64,000 nucleotides of DNA from an uncultured delta proteobacterium (GCA_963814585.1 CAWFDF010000004.1:512001-576000); one strand, 5' to 3'. Positions 45,901 to 57,581 are shown, numbered from the stretch's first letter. Numbers and translations: made by a program. Notes: generated from the sequence alone by a model not told the origin.

Positions 45901-48900
45901 TTGGCGTCGTTCACCGTGGCGACGACGGCGTAGCCGCCGGCGCCGGTGGGGATGGTGGCGGAGCCGGCGTAGGTGAGGTTCACCGCCAGGCCCGCGGGGG
46001 TGGTGGTGGCGACGGCGGCCTTGGGGTTCCCGTCGTAGGTGGCCGAGAGGGACGAGGCCACCAGCGTCACCGCGGCGGCAGCCTTCCCCACCACGATGGA
46101 CTTCGCCACGTCGGGGGCGGCGAGGTGGTTGGCGCCACCGGCCTGGCTCGCCGTGACCACCACCGTGCCGGCGCCGGTGAGGGAGAGGATGGAGCCGGCC
46201 AGGCTGCCCGGGCCGCTCGTCACCGCGAAGCTGACGGCGTTGCCCGAGCCGCCGCCGGTGGCCAGCGGGGCGAGGTCGAAGGCAGGATCGCCGAAGGTCC
46301 TGGTGGCCGGAGGATTGAAGGCAATGGCCTGGGCGGCCTTGGCGATGGAGAGGGTGCCGGAGGCGGTGCCCTGGTGGTTGGCGTCGTTCACCGTGGCGAC
46401 CACGGCGTAGTCGCCGGCGCCGCTGGGGGCGGTGGCGGAGCCGGCGTAGGTGAAGCCGACCGTCAGGCCGGCGGGGATGGTGGTGGCGGTGGCGGACTTG
46501 GCCGTGCCGTCGTAGGTGGCGGTGAGCGAGGCGGGCGCAGCGTCACCGTGGCGGCGGCCTTGGAGATGGTGAGGGTGCCGGAGGCGGTGCCCTGGTGGTT
46601 GGCGTCGTTCACCGTGGCGACCACGGCGTAGTCGCCGGCGCCGGTGGGGGCGGTGGCGGAGCCGCCGTAGGTGAAGGCGACCGTCAGGCCTGCGGGGCTG
46701 GTGGTGGCGGCGGCCGCCTTGGAGGTGCCGTCGTAGGTCACGGAGAGCGAGGCCGGCACCAGCGTCACCGTGGCGGCGGCCTTGGAGATGGTGAGGGTGC
46801 CGGAGGCCGTGCCCTGGTGGTTGGCGTCGTTCACCGTGGCGACCACGGCATAGTCGCCGGCGCCGGTGGGGGCGGTGGCGGAGCCGGCGTAGGTGAAGCC
46901 GACCGTCAGGCCCGCGGGGCTGGTGGTGGCGGCGGCCGCCTTGGAGGTGCCGTCGTAGGTCACGGAGAGCGAGGCCGGCACCAGCGTCACCGTGGCGGCG
47001 GCCTTGGCGATGGTGAGGGTGCCGGAGGCGGTGCCCTGGTAATTGGCGTCGTTCACCGTGGCGACCACGGCGTAGTCGCCGGCGCCGCTGGGGGCGGTGG
47101 CCGAGCCCGTGTAGGTGACGTTGACCGCCAGTCCGGCGGGGATGGTGGTGACGACGGCGGCCTTCGGGGTGCCGTCATAGGTGGCGGAGAGCGAGCCTGG
47201 CACCAGCGTCACCGTGGCGGCGGCCTTGGCGATGGTGAGGGTGCCGGAGGCGGTGCCCTGGTAGTTGGCGTCGTTCACCGTGGCGACCACGGCGTAGCCG
47301 CCGGCGAGGGTGGGAGGGGAGGCGGAGCCGGCGTAGGTGAGGTCGACCGTGAGGCCGGCAGGGCTGGTGGTGGCGACGGCGGCCTTGGGGGTGCCGTCGT
47401 AGGCGGCGGAGAGCGAGGCCGGCACCAGCGTCACCGTGGCGGCAGCCTTGGCGATGGTGAGGGTGCCGGAGGCCGTGCCCTGGTAGTTGGCGTCGTTCAC
47501 CGTGGCGACCACGGCGTAGCCGCCGGCGCCGGTCGGGGCCGTGGCGGAGCCGGCGTAGGTGAAGGTGACCGCCAGGCCCGCCGGGATGGTGGTGGCGGAG
47601 GCGGCCTTGGGGGCGCCGTCATAGGTGGCGGAGAGCGAGCCTGGCACCAGCGTCACCGTGGCGGTGGCCTTGGCCACCTCCTGGGTGAGGGAGCCGGTCG
47701 ACGTGGCGTGCGCGGCGTCTCCGCTGTAGGTGGCCGTGACCGCGCTGGAGCCGGCGCCCAGGGTGGCCACGATGCAGTTCGCCTGGCCGGAGACCAGCGC
47801 CACCGCCGCGCACACGGTGGTGGCGCCCGCCTTGAAGGTGACCGTGCCGGTCGGCGCCGGGCCGCTGGACGAGACCGTGGCCGTGAAGGTCACCGCGTCA
47901 CCGTAGGTGGACGGGTTGAGCGAGGAGCCCAGCGCCGTGGTGCTCGCCAGGCCCAGGTTGGTCAGGTGGAAGGGGGCGACGGCGAGCCCGACCGCGCTGG
48001 CCTCCACGTCGTAGCTCCCGGTCAGCAGGTTGGCGGTGGCCGTGACCGAGGCCAGGCCGTAGAAGTTGGTGGTGGCCGTGGCCGCCGAGAGGCTGGCGCC
48101 GGCGCCGCTCACCGGGGCCGTGAAGGTGACCTCGACGCCGTCCACCGCCACGCCGTCGGCGTCGGTGACCTTGACGGTGAGCGGCAGGCCGAAGGCGGCC
48201 CCGTTCGTCGCCGCCTGCCCGCCGCCGGACTGGACGGCCATGGTGGTGGCCGCGCCGTGCAGCGGCCGATCGAGGTTGGTGAAGGGGACGTGGAAGTCCG
48301 CGGGGATAGGGTTGTACACGGTGGTGTCGGTGAGGACGTCGACCGTGTAGCTCCCCGGCCAGCTGTTGGCGGCGAGCGGGATGGAGACCTCTCCGTTGCC
48401 GTCGGTGGTGCCGGTGGCGGTGCCGAGGGTGGCGCCGGCCGCGAAGCCCCCGGTGTTGACGAAGGTGAGGACGGCGCCCGGCACCGGGGACCCGTTGAAG
48501 AAGCTCAGGCGCACCACCAGGGGCTGGTCGAAGGCGGTCCCGGTGAAGGCCGACTGGCCTCCGCCGCTCACCACCTGGAGGTAGCCGACCTTGGTAGGGT
48601 CGATGACGCTGGGGTACAGGACCTTGTCGGTGAAGGCGATTGGCGAGGAGCAGGTCACCGAGTACCAGCCCGGCAGGGCGCCGACGGCGGCGCTGATGTC
48701 GACCGAGGCGATCCCGGCGGCGTCGGTGATGGCCGAGGCGGCGGAGAGCACGATGTCGGCGGAGGACGCGGCGAAGGTCACGTTCCCACCCGAGATCGGG
48801 TTGAGCGAGGCGTCGACCAGCCGGATCATGGCCGGCCTCGTGAACGGCTGGCCCGGCGCGGCCCACATCTCGTTCCCGTCCACCCACTGCAGGAAGCTGT

Positions 48901-49372
48901 AGGCGGCGTCGTTGACCCAGAAGCCGACCGTCGTGGTGGCGCCCACGGTCTCCAGCAGCACGTCGAGCTGGCCCAGGCCGCCGGCCGTCACCGAGACCTG
49001 GCCCCGGCCACGCGCGTCGGTCACCACGCTGGCCGGAGCGATGGTGCCCGTGCCCACGCTGACCGTCGCCGTCACGGTGACGCCGGGCACGGGCTGGTCG
49101 GCGGCGTCGTCGACCTCGAAGACCAGTGGGCTGGCGAAGGGCTGCCCCGGCGTCGCGAACTGGTTCCCACCGCTGAGGACGCGGATCTGGGTGGGCGCGC
49201 CCGCCGCGTAGACCACCGCCAGCGGCGCGCCGCCGCCCTTGACCGTCGGGCGTGACGCTGAGTCCTTGGTGGAGGTGTTGCAGGCGGCCATGGCCAGCGT
49301 CGCGACCAGCGCCACGGCGAGGCGGGTGGAAAGGTGGCCGGCACCAGCGACGTGGCGTGACGATGCGTGCAT
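42948..49372 (-). CDS. Giant surface adhesin (~2140 aa): Big-1-like x4, Big_3-like, MBG-like repeats, Ig-like repeats, LamG, Cys-rich module, MYXO-CTERM; one -1 indel at ~46538
   Basis: N-terminal LAMAAC; repeated V.SGG.Q....G..F..PL domains; TYDG.PKAA...TY.GS repeats; LamG motifs TVELWFK, WHHLALV, GTVDELRLW; C-terminal GGCGC-hydrophobic-RRR. Confidence 0.88.
46340..47670 (-). repeat. Six tandem 222-bp (74-aa) MBG-like repeats
   Basis: CGTCACCGTG anchor at 47651, 47429, 47207, 46985, 46763 and 46541 (exact 222-bp period). Confidence 0.9.
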
Positions 49373-49640
49373 GTGTGAGTCCCCCTGGGGAGGTGACCCT
49401 ACACGACGACGCGGACGCGCGGAGCACCTCAGGTCAACGACAGGGGGCCTTCTCCCGTCATTCTGCGGGCTTCGAGCGCTGCGGCATGACGCCCCGTACC
49501 CTGGGTCCAGGACACGGCTGGCGCGGGGCGCTCGGCCCTCACCGCGATCTGGACCGGCCCCGGACCTGGCGAAGGCTCTTTCGGGCCTGCACGGTGATTC
49601 CCGCGCCACCTCGCGGCGGGCCGGCGTTACCGTGCGGGCC

Positions 49641-50792
49641 GTGAGCGCTCGGCACCACGTCCTCCTCGTCCCGGGGTTCTTCGGCTTCGCCAGCCTGAGC
49701 GACTTCACGTACTTCGGGCACGTCCGCGAGCTGCTCTCGGACCTCGGACCGGCGCTGGGGATCGAGGGGGAGGTGCTGGTGGTGTCCACCGAGCCGACCG
49801 CCTCGCTGCCCCGCCGCGCGGCGCTGCTGGGCGAGGCGGTGGCGGCGCTCCTCGATCGCTCGCCCGGCGAGGTGAGCCTGGTGGGCCACTCGAGCGGCGG
49901 CCTCGACGCCCGGCTCTTCATGACGCCGGGGGCGACCTTGCCGACGAGCGCCGACGTGGCGCGGTGCGCCGACGCCGTGCGATCGGTGGTGACGGTCTGC
50001 GCGCCGCACCGGGGGACGCCGCTCGCCTCGGCCTTCGTCGGCCTCATCGGCCAGCAGGCGCTGCGGCTCCTCTCGCTCGCCACCATGCACGCGCTCCGCT
50101 CCGGCCGGCTGCCGCTGTCCGCGGTGGTGAGGATGGCGCGGCTGCTGCGGCTCGGCCGGGCGCCGCCCTCGGGCGTGCTGGAGCAGCTCTCGCAGCAGCT
50201 CCTCGGCGACTACAGCGGGGAGCGACGCCGGGCCATGGAGCGCTACCTCGACGACGTCCGGTCGGACCAGGGGCTGGTCTCGCAGCTCGCCCCCGGGGGC
50301 ATGGAGCTCTTCAACGCCTCGGCGGTGGATCGCCCGGGAGTGGCCTACGGCTGCGTGGTGACCCAGGCGCGGCCGCCCAGCCTGCGATCGCTCGTCGCCG
50401 CGCGCTTCGATCCGTACGCCCAGGCCACCCACGCGCTCTTCGTGGCGCTCTGGCGGCTCGCCGGCCGGGCGCCCGGGGACCGGCTGCCACCCATCGACGA
50501 GCCCAGCGCGGCGGTGCTGCGGCGCGCCTTTGGCCGCATCCCCGGGCCGTCCGCCAACGACGGGATCGTGCCCACCCGCAGCCAGGTCCACGGCGCGGTG
50601 CTGCACGCCACCTGGGCCGACCACCACGACGTGCTGGGCCACTTCCACGGCCCGACGCACGTGCCGCCCCACTTCGACTGGCTCGCCTCCGGCTCCGGCT
50701 TCAACCGGCGCCACTTCGAGGCGCTGTGGGGGGACGTGGCCGGCTTCCTCGCCCGCCCCGGCGCCCCGGAGCGACCCCGGGGTGTCCACTGA
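49641..50792 (+). CDS. Lipase/esterase (alpha/beta hydrolase)
   Basis: LVPGFFGF, GHSSGGLDAR, PHRGTPLA, NDGIVP, DHHDVLGHF. Confidence 0.85.
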   Translation: MSARHHVLLVPGFFGFASLSDFTYFGHVRELLSDLGPALGIEGEVLVVSTEPTASLPRRAALLGEAVAALLDRSPGEVSLVGHSSGGLDARLFMTPGATLPTSADVARCADAVRSVVTVCAPHRGTPLASAFVGLIGQQALRLLSLATMHALRSGRLPLSAVVRMARLLRLGRAPPSGVLEQLSQQLLGDYSGERRRAMERYLDDVRSDQGLVSQLAPGGMELFNASAVDRPGVAYGCVVTQARPPSLRSLVAARFDPYAQATHALFVALWRLAGRAPGDRLPPIDEPSAAVLRRAFGRIPGPSANDGIVPTRSQVHGAVLHATWADHHDVLGHFHGPTHVPPHFDWLASGSGFNRRHFEALWGDVAGFLARPGAPERPRGVH

Positions 50793-50872
50793 GCAGGAGC
50801 GGCGGGAGCGCCAGTTGGCCATCGATCTCGGCGCGCTCCTCCAGTATGAAGCCGGGGGAGGGAGCGAAGCTC

Positions 50873-51529
50873 ATGCCGCCCCAGGTGATCCTTGCCATGA
50901 CGCTGTGCCTCGGCCTGCTGGCTCCCGCCGTCGCGGCCGGGCAGGTCGAGGCGACCCAGCCGGCGACGGCCGCCGAATCGGCGGGCGCCGCCCCGCTGGC
51001 TGGTCCGCGCCACGCGCTCTCCGTGGGCTACGACGCCACCACCTTCTGGAGCAGGCGCCCGAGCCGGTACACCCTCCAGGCCTGGACGCTCGGCTACTCG
51101 GGTTCCTGGGGGCAGCAGGGGCTCTTCACCAGGATCACCGCCACCTGGCCCTGGGGGGCCAGCCAGGACGGGCGGAGCGTGGCCTTCGACGACGTCTACG
51201 CCTCCGCGTACGGCCTCGACGTGCTGGCCGGCTGGCAGTGGCGGTGGGCCTGGCGCGGCGCCGAGCTGGAGGCCGGCCCGGGGCTGCACCTCAACCTGCT
51301 CAGCCTGGGCGGCACGCCCGCCTACGTGAGCTTCAGCGCCGTGCAGCTGGGCGCTGGCGGGCAGGCCACCCTGCGCTGGCCGACGGGGTGGCGGCTCTTC
51401 GGGAGCCTCGTCGACCTCGGGGTCACGGCGGGGCTGGCCGTCGACCTGTGGGACCCGGTCCGCGACAACGACCTCCGCAACGGCTTCGCCCTCAACGTCG
51501 CCCTGCAGGCGACCGTGGGCCGGAGGTGA
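50873..51529 (+). CDS. Secreted, probable outer-membrane beta-barrel protein
   Basis: Signal peptide (AVA-A) and Trp/Tyr/Gly-rich amphipathic strands. Confidence 0.65.
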   Translation: MPPQVILAMTLCLGLLAPAVAAGQVEATQPATAAESAGAAPLAGPRHALSVGYDATTFWSRRPSRYTLQAWTLGYSGSWGQQGLFTRITATWPWGASQDGRSVAFDDVYASAYGLDVLAGWQWRWAWRGAELEAGPGLHLNLLSLGGTPAYVSFSAVQLGAGGQATLRWPTGWRLFGSLVDLGVTAGLAVDLWDPVRDNDLRNGFALNVALQATVGRR

Positions 51530-51531
51530 CC

Positions 51532-52509
51532 ATGCGCCGGCGAGCCGCCCTCCCCCTGACGCTCCTCCTCGCCGCAGGTTGCCTCGGCCCCTACCCCGAC
51601 CTGGGCGAGCCGCTCGACCAGGGAATCGGCGTGAGCGGCGCGGCCTACGTGGCCGGCGTCCCGGGCGGAGCGCTCCGGCTCCTCGGCCTCGGCGGGGCGC
51701 CCACCTCGACCGCGGCGATCCCGTTCTCGCTCACCATCGTCGACACCACGCACCTCGTCCAGCCGGTGCGGACGCTGCAGGGGAGCTGGGCAGCCGCCCC
51801 GGGCGGCGCCGCCGCCGAGGCCCACGCCACCGTGGAGTTCCTCATGCCGGACGAGAGCAGCGAGTCCGTCGCCACGCGCGCCGGCGCCACCCGCAGCGTC
51901 ATCGACCTGCGTCAGACCGTCACCGTCCAGCTCGCCCCCGACGGCCGGCTCACCCTCTCGGGCGGCGACGGCTCCTTCGGCGGCGTCTACCTCCCGCTGG
52001 CGCAGGCGCTCGGCCACCTGGGGCGGAGCGGCTCGCCGGAAGACGCCTCCTGCGCCTACCAGGTCGCCAACCTGACGGTCATCTCCTCCCAGGCCCGCAT
52101 CCCCGGGTTCGGAGGCATGGGGATGCTCGAGTACACCTCCACGGCCGCCTTCGCCGGCACCAGCTCCGGCGGGCTCACCGTCAAGCTGGAATCGCCGTTC
52201 GCGCCCAGGACCGACATCACCTTCACCGGCTTCGCCGACTTCGACGGCATGGTGGCCGATGGGCTGCAGGTCACCGACGTGAACCTCTCCGGAGACGGGA
52301 GGATGTCCGGCGTCCTCACCTTCCACCTGACGCCGGCGCCGGGGCCGCCGATGGCGGTGTCGCTGGACTACGGCAACGTCTCGCTCGCCAACGGCGTCCC
52401 CACGGGCGGCACCTACGGCGTCTCCGTCGACGCGCAGCCGGCCGTCCAGCTCTCGGCCACCGCCATGCCGCGCGTCCCGGCCACCGCGACCTGCCTCGGG
52501 CTTCCCTAG
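51532..52509 (+). CDS. Hypothetical lipoprotein
   Basis: Lipobox LAAGC; beta-rich; starts 2 nt after the upstream stop. Confidence 0.7.
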   Translation: MRRRAALPLTLLLAAGCLGPYPDLGEPLDQGIGVSGAAYVAGVPGGALRLLGLGGAPTSTAAIPFSLTIVDTTHLVQPVRTLQGSWAAAPGGAAAEAHATVEFLMPDESSESVATRAGATRSVIDLRQTVTVQLAPDGRLTLSGGDGSFGGVYLPLAQALGHLGRSGSPEDASCAYQVANLTVISSQARIPGFGGMGMLEYTSTAAFAGTSSGGLTVKLESPFAPRTDITFTGFADFDGMVADGLQVTDVNLSGDGRMSGVLTFHLTPAPGPPMAVSLDYGNVSLANGVPTGGTYGVSVDAQPAVQLSATAMPRVPATATCLGLP

Positions 52510-52659
52510 AGGAACCGGTCGAGCGGGCCCGCCCCGCCCGGGGTCGGGTGATCGCCCGATGCCCACCCCCGGAATCAAAGGCGCCCGAACCGGGCACACG
52601 CCCAATGGCGGGCGGCGCCGCCAGGGGGCAATGTCCGATCACGAAAGGGGAACGACACC

Positions 52660-53067
52660 ATGACCTCGTACAACGGCAATTCGAAGGTGAAGAGCGGCTA
52701 CTACTTTTCGATGAGCACCCTGGCGGTCGAGGTGGTCGGCGAGGACGGCGGCACGCTGCCCGGCGCCTCCACCACCCGGTACTTCAGCGTCCCGTTCCCG
52801 CTCCTCTTCGCGGTGATTCCCGTGGTCGGGCTGGCCTTCCTGATGTTCCTCCCCTTCATCGGCTTCGCCCTGCTCGGCCTGGCCATCGCCAAGGCCGTCA
52901 CCAGCCGCCTCCACGAGCGGGCCGGCGCCTTCGCCGCCACCGTCGCGCCTCCGCACGCCACCGGCGCCGCCTACCTGGGCGGTCGCGAGGGGGAGAAGAA
53001 GAACGAGGCGGTCACGCCCGAGATCGAGAAGCTCGAGAAGGAAGTGGCCGAGAAGCGGAAGGTCTAG
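52660..53067 (+). CDS. Small membrane protein of unknown function
   Basis: AAGGGG RBS, central hydrophobic hairpin, charged helical tail. Confidence 0.75.
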   Translation: MTSYNGNSKVKSGYYFSMSTLAVEVVGEDGGTLPGASTTRYFSVPFPLLFAVIPVVGLAFLMFLPFIGFALLGLAIAKAVTSRLHERAGAFAATVAPPHATGAAYLGGREGEKKNEAVTPEIEKLEKEVAEKRKV

Positions 53068-53123
53068 GGCCCAGGGCCCCGACCCAGAGCCCGCCGGTGG
53101 AGTCGAGGTAGACGGCGGGGGCG

Positions 53124-53173
53124 GACGACACGACGGCGCCACCGGTGTTCCCCACGGTGGCGCCGCTGTCGTC
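53124..53173 (+). terminator. Long hairpin after the small membrane protein gene
   Basis: GACGACA...CGGCGCCACCG-loop-CGGTGGCGCCG...TGTCGTC. Confidence 0.55.
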
Positions 53174-53832
53174 TTCGAGACGGCGTGGAAGGCGGCCGGA
53201 TCGACGGCGGGCAAGGCAAGCCGCTCCGGGCTGGCGTCCAGCTGCGGCCCGGGCTCCCCCCCTTCCTCACGGGGCATCGGGCGAGGCTGGCTCCGTCACC
53301 GGATGGCCATGGAGCCGCCGCGCGGCCCGTCGCCGCAGGACTGGCCGGCGGAATGATCCTCGAGGTCGCTGCGCTCGCCTGACCCGGCGGGCGCTACCGG
53401 GCGGGGCGCTGCAGCTGCTGGGCGTCGCGTTCCACGACGCCGGGCCCATGACAGGCCGGACCAGTGGTGCGTGTCTCGCAGGCGCCGGGGTCGGTCCCGA
53501 ATGGGCTGTAGGCAACATTTTATTGGCCCGATCGAAGTATCCCTTTAGGGGCCAAGCCACCGATATCGCTCCGCTCCCACATCGACCTCCGTTTCGGCAC
53601 ACTGTCAATATTATGAATACCTTCAGGCACATAGCCGTATTGACGCCTTGCGCTACGGCAGCTACCACACCGTCAAGTCTGTACCGTGATCATGTCTCAC
53701 CTGTTCATGGTTCAGGCCTGCGGTCCGGAGGCACGACGCGTCGCAGCAAGGCAACGGGACGCGTCGCGGGTGGGACCGATTGGCCCCACCCGGCCTCACG
53801 GAGCGCCAACCTGAAGCGCTGGAGGTGGACGC

Positions 53833-55147
53833 ATGACGAAGCAGAAGCAGAACTCCGATGGTGATGTGGCTGGGCGCCGCGGTGCTGGGCCTGGTGCTGG
53901 CGGCCTGCGGTCCGGGCGCGGTCGAGGGCTCGGCGGTGACCGGCGTGGCCCTCACCGACGGGCCGATCCTGGGGACCGTGTCGCTCAACGACTCGTCGGC
54001 CCAGATGAAGAGCCGCACCGTCTCGACACGCAGCGACGGGACCTTCTCCATCGACGTCGCCGACCTGGCCCCGCCTTACCTGCTCAAGGTCGAGTGGCAG
54101 GACGCCGCGGGGAGCAACCAGCTCTTCGCCGTCTCGGAGCGGAGCGACAACCTCGACGTCAACCCCATCACCGACGTGGCCTTCGACGTCGCCAGCGGCA
54201 CCAGCGACCCGGAGGAGGTGTTCAGCGAGTCCGGGCCGGCCAAGAACCGGAGCACGGCCACCAGGGCCCGCGCCCTGCTCACCACGCTGAGCTCGGTGCT
54301 GGCGCCGCTCTTCGAGCTCTACGGCATCGAGGATCCGATCACCGACAAGGCGGCCGTCCGCGGCCTCCTCGAGGACGTCAAGGTGACCAAGTCCGACGGC
54401 ATCGTCACCGTCACCAACAAGGAGACCGGCGCCGTCATCTTCCAGGGCCCCCTCGCCGACCTGGCGTCCGGGACCTTCCACGCCGATGCCATGCCCGACG
54501 GCCCCGGCACCACGACGCCACCGCCGACCCCGGCCACCTGCACCTCGTTCGGCTACTCGGCCTGGGGCACCTGCCAGTCCGACAACACCCAGACCCGCAC
54601 CGTGACCTCCTCGTCCCCGACCGGCTGCACCGGCGGCTCCCCGGTCACCACCCAGGCCTGCATCTACGTCCCCCCGGTCACCGCCTGCACCTCGTTCGGC
54701 TACTCGGCCTGGGGCACCTGCCAGTCCAGCAACACCCAGACCCGCACCGTGACCTCGTCCTCCCCGACCGGCTGCACCGGCGGCTCCCCGGTCACCACCC
54801 AGGCCTGCACCTACGTCCCCCCGGTCACCGCCTGCACCTCGTTCGGTTACTCGGCCTGGGGCACCTGCCAGTCCAGCAACACCCAGACCCGCACCGTGAC
54901 CTCGTCGTCCCCGACCGGCTGCACCGGCGGCTCACCGGTCACCACCCAGGCCTGCACCTACGTCCCGCCCATCGACGGCGCGGCGCTCTACACGCAGTAC
55001 TGCGCCGGCTGCCACGGCACCTCGAAGAAGGGGTCGTCGGCGACGGCGATCCAGGCCGCCATCGACAGCAACCGCGGCGGCATGGGCTCCGCGGAGCTCC
55101 GGGCGCTGACTCCCGCCCAGATAGCGGCCATCTCGGCCGCCAAGTAG
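53833..55147 (+). CDS. PgcA-like lipoprotein cytochrome c with 3 TSP1-like repeats and one C-terminal heme; +1 indel at ~53856 (or start at 53858)
   Basis: GGAGG RBS at 53821, lipobox LAAC, beta-sandwich N-domain, DGAALYTQYCAGCHG heme motif, GGM distal ligand. Confidence 0.85.
54539..54970 (+). repeat. Three tandem 147-bp (49-aa) Cys-rich repeats
   Basis: Unit CTSFGYSAWGTCQSSNTQTRTVTSSSPTGCTGGSPVTTQACTYVPP starts at 54539, 54686 and 54833. Confidence 0.93.
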
Positions 55148-55267
55148 CCGGGCCTCGCACCCCGGGCGCGACACTGAGCCCGGCCGATCGCCCTGCCCCG
55201 CACCGTCGGGGTGGGGCGTTCGCGTCGGGCCCGGGACGTGACACGGACCTCGGGCTGGAGAGGGCGG

Positions 55268-56509
55268 ATGCCTCCATCATCACGGCTCACCGTGGCGCTG
55301 CTGACGCTGGCCCTGGCCGGTCCCACCCTGGCCGCGCCGCGCATCGCCATCGCGCCGGTGAAGGGGGACCTGCGAGGCGACGTCGGCGCCCAGCTGGTTG
55401 GCGCCCTGTGCGCCGATCACCGCTGCGTTCCCGGCGCCCTGGCCGGCGACCGCCCTGACCTGGCACGCGCCCGGCGCCTGGGCGTCGAGGGCTCCCTCCT
55501 CAGCTCCATCTGGCGCGAGCGGGGCGGCCGCGTCCTCTCGCTCGCCCTCTTCACGGCCGGGCCGAGACCGGAGCGGAGCTGGGTGCTGCCGCTGGACGCC
55601 GCCGGGCTCCTCTCGACGGCCCGGCTCGAGCGGCTCGTCTCCGAGCTGGACGCCGCGCTCGGCGTCGCGCCACCCACCGCCGCTCCACCGCCATCGGCGC
55701 CACCTGCCGCGGCCGGCCGGACGCCATCTCCTTCCCCACGCGCGCCGGCGCTGGTCCTCTCCGCTCCGCCACCGTCCCCCTCTCGGTCGCTGGCCGCCAG
55801 CCCGTGGCTCGCGGTCGAGGCCGGGGTCGCGCCGGTCCACCTCGGGCTGCACTTCCCGGCCGGTGGCACGGCGCCGGTCGGGTATTCCGTCGCCCTGCCA
55901 GCCGCTCCGCGGCTGGGCCTCGAGCTCTACCCGCTCCGCCCGCTCGGCGGGAGGACCGCCGGCCTCGCCCTCTTCGGCGACGCGTCCTGGCAGGACGGCA
56001 TCGAGTTGCCGGCCGGCAGCCGCACCCTCCAGGCCAGCTACTCGCGCCTCCGCGCCGGCCTGCGCTGGCGGCTCGCCGTGGCGAGCTGGCTGGTGGTGGT
56101 GCCCGCCCTGGCCTGGGAGCGGGAGTCCTTCGTCGTCGCCGCCACCGACGGCGCCCGGCTTCCGGGCCTCCCCGACACCGAGCTGGCCGGTGGCTCGGCG
56201 GCCCTCGACGTCGAGCTGCCGCTGGGTGGCACGCGCTTCACCCTGCTGGCCGGCGGGCGCGCGACCCGGTGGACCGACGCCGGAGAGCTGGCCGGCGGTT
56301 CGAGCTTCTTCCCGGGAGGGAGCGCCTCGGCGCTGGAGGCCGAGGCCGGAGCCTCCGTGGCGCTGGTCGGGCCGCTCTCGCTGCGGGCGCTCGGCCGCCG
56401 TGCGTCCACGCGCTGGTCCCTCGACGTCGACCCGAGCGGCGCCTACTCGGTCCGCTCGGCGCTCGCCGAGAGCTGGGGCGGACGCGTCGTGCTGCGGCTG
56501 GAGCTGTAG
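55268..56509 (+). CDS. Secreted protein with a Pro-rich linker and C-terminal beta-barrel-like domain
   Basis: Signal peptide (PTLA-A), amphipathic strands, terminal GGRVVLRLEL. Confidence 0.6.
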   Translation: MPPSSRLTVALLTLALAGPTLAAPRIAIAPVKGDLRGDVGAQLVGALCADHRCVPGALAGDRPDLARARRLGVEGSLLSSIWRERGGRVLSLALFTAGPRPERSWVLPLDAAGLLSTARLERLVSELDAALGVAPPTAAPPPSAPPAAAGRTPSPSPRAPALVLSAPPPSPSRSLAASPWLAVEAGVAPVHLGLHFPAGGTAPVGYSVALPAAPRLGLELYPLRPLGGRTAGLALFGDASWQDGIELPAGSRTLQASYSRLRAGLRWRLAVASWLVVVPALAWERESFVVAATDGARLPGLPDTELAGGSAALDVELPLGGTRFTLLAGGRATRWTDAGELAGGSSFFPGGSASALEAEAGASVALVGPLSLRALGRRASTRWSLDVDPSGAYSVRSALAESWGGRVVLRLEL

Positions 56510-56600
56510 GTCACCGCGCCGGGGACCGGCTGGTGCCTGGAGGTGACCCGGCCGAAGCCACCCGAGTTGCACTAGACTGCGGTGAGCGAGGAGATCCCCC

Positions 56601-57581
<981 letters not shown>

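Noticed and set aside
36939..49255. Very long + strand ORFs (36939-41630, 43458-46631, 46595-49255)
   Set aside because: Gly/Arg-rich antisense shadows of the two repeat proteins.
49373..50086. Upstream extension of the adhesin ORF
   Set aside because: Overlaps the lipase gene on the opposite strand; the signal peptide and GGGGG RBS point to ATG 49372.
53068..53832. GEMM (c-di-GMP/cGAMP) riboswitch upstream of the PgcA-like gene
   Set aside because: The expected GGCAAAC..GAAA..GACGCAAA-type core was not found by eye; an Infernal search would be decisive.
38760..54970. Tandem repeats as possible CRISPR or non-coding arrays
   Set aside because: Periods (816, 222, 147 bp) are multiples of 3 and encode protein domains. 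There are no unique spacers and no cas genes.
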